From: Amphiscolops sp. MND2022
Lineage: Eukaryota
Length of the DNA stretch: 64,000 bases
NCBI GenBank assembly: GCA_964187785.1
Contig: OZ076409.1
Coordinates: 21,082,001 to 21,146,000, forward strand
Direction: 5' to 3'
A model generated the notes under the pieces. The model saw nothing but the letters and a program-made list of their open reading frames with translations, did no database searches and was not told the DNA's origin. Positions 24,780-33,826 of the stretch are shown piece after piece. The stretch's first letter is position 1; every line of letters begins with the position of its first letter. The translations under genes and the position numbers were made by a program.

Positions 24780-27700
24780 TTAAGGTTTAGAAGTTCCTGG
24801 GGCAGACTCCCCAACCACGGACGAAGCAGAGGATCGGGATCCACTTTTCTCCAGTCTTCTGCGTTTGGTACTACTAGGGAGCTTCAATGCACTCTCATCC
24901 GCAACAGAATCATCCATCCCGCCGCGGGCAGGAATTTTCTCCGGAGCAGCTAGCACAGTGCGGTAGGAGGACGACAAAGACTTGTAAATCTTGGATCTCC
25001 CAAAATTGTCAACATAAGTCCAAGGGTCATAACTGGGAGAGAAGGCTGACTGACCAAAGGATGCACTGAGCAAGGAAAACCTCGCCAAACTTGAGTCGTC
25101 ACTGCACAGAGTTGAAGAACCGGACACACCAGCCATGTAACTCTGGCAAGGGAGTATAACATCAGTAAATCTGCTATGCCTCCCAACAGTCGAAATCTTT
25201 CCAGCAATGACGTCTGGATAGTCAGGACTAGGTGTTGTAACGCACAGACAGCACAACTTAAAGAGGTATAACAAATAGCCTCGGGCCTGGAGAAATTCCA
25301 AATTGAGCAGGAAATCAATCAGATCAGAAGATGAATTTGACAGATCATAATCTGGACCTTAGCTGATCTGCAGGTGGTCGAGCAACTCAGTATATTGGTC
25401 CCGACAAGCTGACTCGTTAGCTTCGGCAACCCAGGAACGGAGACAGAAGGTACTATATAAGAGGTCAAAATGGCGGAGAGCCACCTCAGTTGGTCTCTTG
25501 AACAAGATGTACGGATCAAAAGTAGCGAGGCCTTTAATAATATCTGAACTCAGACCAGTCTGGCAAAGCACCGAGTTAATCAGATACTGGATGTAATGAA
25601 GTGCATCATTGACGAACCCAGTTTTCACGGTAGTAGCAGTCTTCTGGATAGCTGCCCGCTCCGACTTCTTTCCAAAGTGAAGCCCTTCGGCCCTAGCCTT
25701 ACTGGAAGTGGTCACTTTGTTGGTGAGCTTGAGCCGTAGTAGGAACTCATCTTCAGCCATGAAGGTAGCTTCACTCGTATGGAACTTCAGCAGCAGGAAC
25801 CAGGCATTTTCTAATGGGGCAGTGTCAGAGGTGTAACAACGGGAACACAGTTTGTATAAAAACCGGCTAGTTTTCCCGCATAGGAAGAAGGAGGCGTCTC
25901 GTCTGTATAAGAGATTCACTTTGAAACTGGATACATCTACAAACACAAACCAATGATGGCCTCATAAGGCCTACTAACGAGGATCAACTCACTATTTGCG
26001 AATACTAACAATCTCCAACGAGCTTGCAGAAGAACTCCAACTTCACTACGAAGAACTCATCGCAGATGAGGGACCATTCGAAACTTTGCACCTAAAAAAC
26101 AAAGTGGAGGAATGAATCCCTAAACTACCCCCTTCGTATGGTCCTAAGGTGAAAACCTGACTAATTAGCCCGAATCACAAAGCACACATGAAAACAACTA
26201 ACTCTATTGTGTGATCCCTGTCCTTCTTGTCTGGGTGCATGGACGGCTAGGTACCGAGCGATCGCCTTCCACTCAGCTATAAGTTCCCTGCACAGTGTAG
26301 GAACCATCAGTAGTTCCAGCTTATGGGAAGCGATAGCCTAAACATGGGAAGGCACGTGAACCAATGAAAAGGTTTGCTACCACGCCAACCCATTCCCTTT
26401 AGTATGATGCAGTTCACTGTGAAAATAAAGATGAGAAGGCTATCTACCTTGGAGAGTTCCGGACTGCGTAGAGCCCATTCCTCGTTGAGGGATCCACCCA
26501 GAGACACTAGCAGGGCTTGAAGCACGGAAAAGAAATCCAAGTGTCCAAAGACACTACAGCTAGACTTGTGCATCAGATACTGCAAGGATAGGCTCTCGAA
26601 CCGGAAACAACTTTGAACTCCACAGGTGAAAAATTCGGAGCAATCGACGACTCGGATCAGGTCAGCCGGACATCCAGAACAGGCCACGATCTCACAACGG
26701 GTAGACGTCACAGAAAGGAGCCGGGACAAAGACCCTAGCTCTCCAGCCAAATCAGTTGAGGGTAAGGAGCTTCGACAAATGTATACGCGACATAGTTCTG
26801 TGCCTCTCCAAAATCGAGCAGACATGTAGCAGTAGACCCCCTTGCTCTCGAATTCGATGCCAAAACACTGTTGGGTCATTATCTGGTCTGTGACATCTCC
26901 CATCACGGAGTTGAAGATGTGTTGGAAAATCGCCTGAGAGGGACAGATCAGACTTATCTTAAATAGATTAAGACTCAAGGAAGTGCCCTAAATGATAGTA
27001 CTTACAGATAGACACTCTTCGCTCAATCGAAATCGCAGAAAGCAGCCTGATGATTAGTATAGGAGCCGACTCTGGCCCACAAATTGCGCAAGACTGAGAG
27101 GTTACCATGCGTGTGGATGAAGTCTCCAATCAGACACAACTGCGTTCGGGAACGGGATTCTGGAGTAACCACAGCAGTTGTCGTACCCTTTATGAAATCT
27201 TCATAAAATGGAAATCGTTCTCCAACGTCAACGAGCTCTACATGGATGAACTTGGGAAGTTCTTTCGCTAACTCTATCTTTGTCAAGATTTTTCCATTCC
27301 ATCCTCGGACGCGGTGCTGGATTCTTCCGCTGACTGGGTCGGTGCTCTTTAAGTGCTCGTATCTCCACCGCTCATCGCGTCGGAGATGCCTTTCTGAGCG
27401 GTGGTGACGAAGTATCTCAAATGCTCCTTTTGTTTTGATGGAAAAGTTTTTCTTGCACATATGACACCAGACCATGAGGGGATTGTGCAAAGGATCTGCT
27501 GGGCCTGATATAAAGGAGCGTGTCTAGCCAATTTTCGCAAAAAATTCTTCTCTCATTGGAATTCCACGTTGGGGCGCTCGTCTCTCCCTTTTCTGCATTT
27601 TAGATTTGACAGATTTTTGGTCCCTGGTCTCTTTGGTTTTCTCCTGTATTTCCAACAAGGTAGCGTCCTGACTGCTGACCCCACTATTCTCGGTTTCAAC

Positions 27701-28917
27701 GGTCCGTTGTTCGGACGGGTGGACCACCGTGGAAGAAGAGGCTTGGGGTAGTGTAGGTGTCTGCTCGAAGGTCTCCGAAATTAGAGCCATCTCCGTGGCA
27801 CTATCGCTCTCACCAAGGAAAGAAGACTCTCCTGTGCCCCCTGAGCTTTCAACCCCAGTCTGGGTATTTGGATCACTATCCGTCTCACTCATGCTCGATT
27901 CATCTCCATATCCCGAGCGGGTGTTTGGGCTCGTCCTCTACTCTGAAAATGGGCTGTTTTTGATGGGGCAACAGCGGGGGTTCCTCTGACGGCATCCAGG
28001 ACCATCCGTTCCATTGTTGAATATGACATCCGCAAAGTCGCGTCAGTGAGCACTCTGAGGAGGTTATACACTTGTGTTTCCGTAAAAGCTACCGCTGGAT
28101 GTCCAACGGGTAACCTGAAAGACTTGTTCTCTTCAAAATATTGTTTGAGCAAGGCCCTGCTCCGTCCTTATAATTGGGGAAGTCCATCAATCTCCACGGG
28201 CACACCAGGTATCCTTGCCCCACTCGGTCCTTGATGTTGTGTACAGAAACCGAGTTCGTCTCCTCCATCGGTTCCTGATTCCATGTCCACCGGGTTGCGT
28301 CCATAAAACTCAAAGACGTCGAAATGGGACGTGTCCTCAGCAGAGCTGTCTTGTCCACTATGACTGGGCGGGAAGTAAGTTTTGGGTCGCCCACTGGGCA
28401 AAGCAGGGGCATCTTGAACTGACGAAGTAGTATCCTCGCCTGCTGGATCAGGAGCTTGTTCTTGCGTTGATAATGTCAAATCTGATGTCAAACGCAGTTC
28501 CGGCAGTTGAGAGCCAAGAGTAGTGGCAACGTGTAGAACGGATTCAAGTCCAGATAGATTGGCAACGGGATCTCTATGTTTGGGAGATGATATTGGGGTA
28601 CTGGACCGTTCAATTCCCTGATTAAGACTGGCATCTAAAGAATCCAAAAGTCCAAGGTCCTGACCGGGAATAGCACTCGACGTCGATACAGCAGTGAGTT
28701 GGCTAGTCCGCTCTGCCCGTTCAATCTTCTCAACAACGGACTCAGCATAAGCAGTGACATCCTGCTCACTATCCTGGCTAAGTGGGGAAAAGTCTGGGAG
28801 GGGTAGTGGTGCAGGAGCGTTACTAGAAACTGCCTTCCCAGATCCGTCATCGGCAATTACCGTCTTCACAGACTCGATAGCTTGAGATGAGGTTGGTGCT
28901 TCAAGGTTTTCTGCCAT
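24780..28917 (-). CDS. Antisense spliced cargo gene: disordered N-terminus, BED-type zinc finger, degenerate hAT-transposase-like body, C-terminal NLS (this copy is disrupted)
   Basis: Exons 28917-27006, 26933-26448, 26337-26203, 26091-26010 and 25936-24780, joined by four GT-AG introns that keep the frame. Contains WCHMCKKNFSIKTKGAFEILRHHRSERH and KRRRLEK. In-frame stops at 28168, 27524 and 25359; frameshifts at ~27915 and ~27023. Confidence 0.8.
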
Positions 28918-28989
28918 CTGATTCTCTAAACAGAAGGGAATAAAATGTAGCGGTATGCTTCCTTGATAGTAATCCATTTACCGCGTTAG

Positions 28990-29045
28990 AAATCTTCCGG
29001 AAGTTCTCTCAAATGCAAATGGAACACGTGATCACGTGTTCAACA
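28990..29045. promoter_or_regulatory. Motif cluster in the divergent spacer (putative internal bidirectional promoter)
   Basis: CTTCCGGAAG palindrome (28994-29003), octamer ATGCAAAT (29013-29020) and perfect 20-bp palindrome GAACACGTGATCACGTGTTC (29022-29041). Confidence 0.55.
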
Positions 29046-29388
29046 AAAGAAACAGGAAGCAATTGTGAACAAATTTCAGTCCTGATCAAACTGAGTTTGT
29101 CTGAAAATATTATAGAAAACCAAACCAACCTGAGGCTGACATTCTGAGTCAAGAAGGCAAATCCGGGTAAACATCAGGTTATCAAAGGGAGCTGACTAAT
29201 TATGAAATTCCATTCAAGGATGTTTGTGACGAATCGGGGCAATTGACCAAAGTTTTAACCGCCAAACTGAAACTTCGGGAAAAAGCCTAACTCGGCTAGT
29301 TTCTTGGTTCAGACGAATTCATTCTACCTAAAACTTCATCTCAACTCAGTTGCCTCTACTAGCTTCAAAAATAGCAAAGAAAGTCATC

Positions 29389-30174
29389 ATGAACAAATAT
29401 AACCTCGCAAGGAAACTATTCGGTCTGGAAGAATCTGACTCTGATGATTCTGAGAGATCAGTTATATATATATCGAGCAGCGAGGGAGAGTCATCAGATT
29501 GGGAGACCGACTGTTCTACAGACACGGAGCAGCTTGTTGCAAGAATCGAAAGAGAAGTCACCTCCAGCCCCGTGCTAATTGGGGGCCGCATAATGACTAT
29601 GGAGGAATCTTCAGAAGACGAACCAGAAGCTGGCCCCAGTTCTTCCCAGATACGAACAGACATGACTCCGAAGTTTGACCACAAGTACTTTGACGAGGAG
29701 ATGTGTTACGCTCCCCCAAAGAAAGCAGGCAAATCTCGGATTGAAATTTGCAAAACCCTAATGCCCGTGCCAGAGTCGCCTATGTCACCGCCTGATCACG
29801 AAAGAGGGCCGAGTATGGACACCCCCCTGATGCAGCCTGGTATGGGAGGTTTTCACGCCTCCTACCACGTGCAAAACACCAGGCCCTACGAAAATATTAG
29901 CACGAAGTTATATTCAGGATGCATGGTCTGTGGCAGATCCTCAGAGGCTATCAAGAAAGAGAATGTGGAATGGTACGTCGCAAGGTCCAAGCCTAGAGGG
30001 GAACCCGAATACATAACGAAGATCAGAAGGGAAGCGTACGAAAAAGGACTAAACCCAGGCGCTTTTCTCTTCATAACACCCGCAGTGTCGCAGGCTGCCG
30101 CCTGTGACGGTACTTTAATAACGACAACAGCGACAAGCCAGGAGACATTGCCCGGAACTTTGCCTACATTTTAA
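29389..30174 (+). CDS. ORF3: acidic, Ser/Pro-rich 261-aa accessory protein ending inside the 3' LTR
   Basis: Intact ORF from ATG 29389. The last 89 nt lie in the LTR and are conserved, mostly with synonymous changes, in the element A LTR. Confidence 0.82.
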   Translation: MNKYNLARKLFGLEESDSDDSERSVIYISSSEGESSDWETDCSTDTEQLVARIEREVTSSPVLIGGRIMTMEESSEDEPEAGPSSSQIRTDMTPKFDHKYFDEEMCYAPPKKAGKSRIEICKTLMPVPESPMSPPDHERGPSMDTPLMQPGMGGFHASYHVQNTRPYENISTKLYSGCMVCGRSSEAIKKENVEWYVARSKPRGEPEYITKIRREAYEKGLNPGAFLFITPAVSQAAACDGTLITTTATSQETLPGTLPTF

Positions 30175-31816
30175 GCAAGTATATTTTGTATTTCAAAACT
30201 TACTTTTAGTAACAATATTTGTCCTCAAACCATTACATTTTCCAATACGTTGCAGTTTTTATTAGTCTGTTAATTTTACGATTTGGGACAAGCCAAATCA
30301 GTTTGATGATGTATTTATTGTAGGATAGAATTAAAGTGCAAGGTTAATTTGATGCAATAACAAACAACAAGCAAGTTAATCGCGAGAAGGAAACGTGTTC
30401 AAGTGCGGAAACGTCCTTTCTCGGCGACGTAACTTGTTGTACATCGATAACCAATCACATCCTTCCTTTTGAAATGTTGGCGCTTTTATTACATAATGGC
30501 CGAATAAGGCCTTTTGACTTAACGCAGTGCAAGTTTGCTGGTACTCATGTCAAATGGCCGGTTCCGGCCAATTCATGCAATATAGTATTTTGTTGCCTAA
30601 TTAAGCAAGTAATTACTCGGAGCTAACTTTACATGATTTAAACTAAATTAAAGCATTTGTAGCGCTTTAATGTCCGTATAACCTTAACCTAAAGATGGAC
30701 GATTAAGGCCATCTTACCATGTCTCTTTGAAAGCTGTGTATTTTATGATTTTGAGCCTATTCTGGCCCTAACATGAATGTGCATTCTCACATATATTTAG
30801 ATTGTATTGAAGCAATATACACGCGATGATGCATTCCATTCTCAATAACTCGTGTCGGCACGTGCCTTCACTGCACTCCGCTGTAAAGAATGTGAGCGGA
30901 GACATTTGTTGACGCTTTGATATGATGCCTTAGTTAATAACTGATTTGATATTTCTGTCTTGATCAAACGACTTTTGAATGCCATTCCCTAAATGTCCCC
31001 TAATAATATGCGGTTGTCGGGACATTCCCTGTGAAGTAATAAATCACATGACCCCATTTTCTTGACTAGTAATGTAAAGTATGTGAATGTCATCCCCTCA
31101 CGAGTATATATATATACCGATACTCAGCCTGAGTGGGACACAATTCATTTGAGACGCTACTAGAAAGATTGAATTACAAACGGCTTCGCTGTTATTTTTT
31201 CCGTATTGAATAATTCATTGTTAATTCGAAACTGCTTCTATGCCTACTACTAGAAAACAGAAAAAGGCAAGAAAGTCAGAAATGCTGTCAGATATCGAGA
31301 ACATAGACATTATGTTAGGAGAAAATCATTTTAACACAAGAGAGAGAGAAGGCAGTTTGAACAGTAACTTGCCTAGAAGGTCCAGAAGCTTTGCAAGCAA
31401 TGAGTCTGAGAATGAAAATGCAAATGTAAGAAGAAATCAGAGAAATGATCACTTTAGAACAAATACCGAATATGATCAAAATTCAGTTACAGCCAACTCT
31501 AGTGCTGAGATTAACAGGTTGTCAAGTGAATTGAATTCCCGCATTTCACGGGAAATGGACGAGATGATGAATTCTGTAGGTGTTCAGATTCAGAGGGCCA
31601 TAAATGATGCGATAAGTACTCAGGTACTTCCTCAAATCCAAAACGTTATTATGGCCGGATCGGGACACGGGACCAGAAAAGGATGGGACGTTCCGTCCGA
31701 GAGACCGGAACTAAATTCCGAAGTTCAGCGAAACTTAAATGCAAAAAATAACTCAAGGAATGAACAAGATGGGAATCAGTCAGACAATGATTTTCCTGGG
31801 TTATATGTTCATGACA
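30086..31816 (+). repeat. 3' LTR of element C (carries the ORF3 C-terminus and a second copy of the gag N-terminus, 31240-31816)
   Basis: Direct repeat of 16540-18270, followed by the TSD AGTAG. Confidence 0.97.
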
Positions 31817-33826
31817 AGTAGCATCCTTACAGTTCTGGGGACGTGGTCTAGATCTAGATTATATTGTTATTTCTTGCATTGGTGGCCATTTAGAGCTTCA
31901 TAACAAATTGCTGGCGTGTAAAATTTTTTAAATAAACAATTTTAAACGTGCAGTATGGTGATATTATTATTTTCTTCTATTGACTGTATTGTTGACTTCT
32001 CTTTCCCAAATTGTACATTTTTTTCCGCGTCTGTTAGTAAGATTGAAGTATTTTAGTGCCAACCTTGGTTTCAGGGACCCCAAAAGCTCAAAAGGTCTGG
32101 CATTGAAGATGAGGAGATCCGGAAGCGAAACTGAGGCAGGAAGTTTGAGTTAACTTCCTTCATGTAGTGTGATCATACTGCCAACTTGAGTCGAATAATA
32201 GTGTATGAATTGAGAGTCCCGTCTTGCAGAGACGCCGGGTTCAACGAGGTGTGAATTCAGAAGCGTGATCTTCATCGCGCGACTAGCGCAAAGTATTTAT
32301 ACCTGACCCATGATCTGATAGGTGGAGTTTGTTTGGATAAACGTTCCGAAAAAATTGCCCAACTTACAGTTATAGTGAAACCAACTCCAAAGAAACGTTC
32401 CAAGTCTTATTGAAAACCTTCGAAAACTCTTTTTCGTATTTAAAGATGTCTGAGAAGACTCAGAAACATAAATTGCGACGAAACTTTTCCGATATGTATC
32501 AATTATTGTATCAATTAGAAAAAATGTAAAATATACAATTGTAAAATTGATACAATTAATTGTAAAGGAAAATTGTTTCTAGGAAATCTTAATATAGGAC
32601 ACGGATTGTTCTTGAAAAATCTTTTTATCCACCAGCTTCTGCCTCAAACAATTCTATATCATCAAACCATATGCTATTTTCATGCTTGCAAAGATACGGG
32701 AAAGACTGAACGACTCTTTTTTGGGTTTTTTGGCACAATCCGGTTTTCTTTCTAACTTTTGAAGTGGAGGCATCCCATGAAAGTTCAGCAGAAACAAATC
32801 GCATTACAAACGCAGAGGACCCTCTCAGTGACTTTCTACACTGTAAGCTTACCGAAGTATAATGATCCGAAGCTACTTTTGTTTTTTAAGGTTTTCGGTT
32901 AAACAAAAAGTTTTTCAAGTTTCAAGGGCGACTTCTTAGGATAGTTTTTGGTTCTGTGGGACTAATGAGTGTTTTTTCAACGGATATGAAAACACATGCG
33001 CTTTTTCCGGCTCTATGCAAGAGCGAGCGACTTTTTCACTGGAGTTTCACTGCTCCAATTAAATTCAGAAGTTTAAACCTCTTCTGACATGGAGCGGCTT
33101 CATTACGGAAGAACGACATTATTTTCTTAATACTGTATGCCCGTTTGCTTCTTATATACGTTATTAATATTGTTCATTTTGAATATATACGACACTTCTG
33201 ACAATGCGTGAAATAGTTCGAAAGAAAAACCATTTTTACGCACGGAGCGCGTTTTTGTATTTTTTATCGTTTTAATTAATAAAACACTGTTAGTATGGTG
33301 TTTTTCGATTTCAGTCTTAATTTTTTCCAGACCACAGAGCTCAAACTGAAGGTCCACTTTCAATACAGACTTTGTTCACGTCGTTTGCTTTGGTTTACCG
33401 GCGTGGCCAGAGCTGCTTCCTTAAGCCGAACGACAAATTCGAACGGCCTCATTTTATTTATAATCAAGAAAAATGTGCTTCGTAACTTACAGGAACTTTC
33501 ATATAGTTCAAGCAGCTCCAACAGAGACGAAAATGAAAATACAATAATGGTAGTTTTTACTCACATGAAACTGATAAATCGATAAAATTACGTTTGGTCA
33601 AGGAGAAGACTCCAATTCCATCTGGTTAGTTTGCGTTTTTGTTACAAAATGCGTCCGAGTCTTACAGAGACAAATTTTCGAAGACGCCTCCTCTTTTAAT
33701 AAAGCGCAATATAGTTCGGATATAACGTCAAAAGTTCGGATATAGCGTTTCAAATCGAATATGAAATTGGGACCCTTTAGTCTCCGGTTTTGTAGATAAC
33801 ATTAAAAAAGTAAAAAATTGAAACGG

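Larger units (their letters stand above)
16540..31816 (+). mobile_element. Full-length 15.3-kb Ty3/Gypsy LTR retrotransposon with extra genes (element C)
   Basis: LTRs 16540-18270 and 30086-31816 (both 1,731 bp, TG...CA). 5-bp TSD AGTAG at 16535-16539 and 31817-31821. PBS at 18271. gag and PR-RT-RH-INT pol. Confidence 0.98.

Noticed and set aside
24600..29300. Nested autonomous hAT transposon
   Set aside because: No TIRs or 8-bp TSD found by eye and the catalytic motifs are missing. Not fully excluded without comparing other copies.
24600..30085. env gene in the post-pol region
   Set aside because: No sense ORF with a signal peptide, furin site or TM anchor; the region holds an antisense spliced gene and soluble ORF3.
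16540..31816. DIRS/tyrosine-recombinase element or segmental duplication
   Set aside because: DDE integrase, TG...CA direct LTRs, PBS and a 5-bp TSD identify a Gypsy-type insertion.
31240..31821. 193-aa ORF as an independent gene
   Set aside because: It is the gag N-terminus duplicated as part of the 3' LTR and stops in the TSD.
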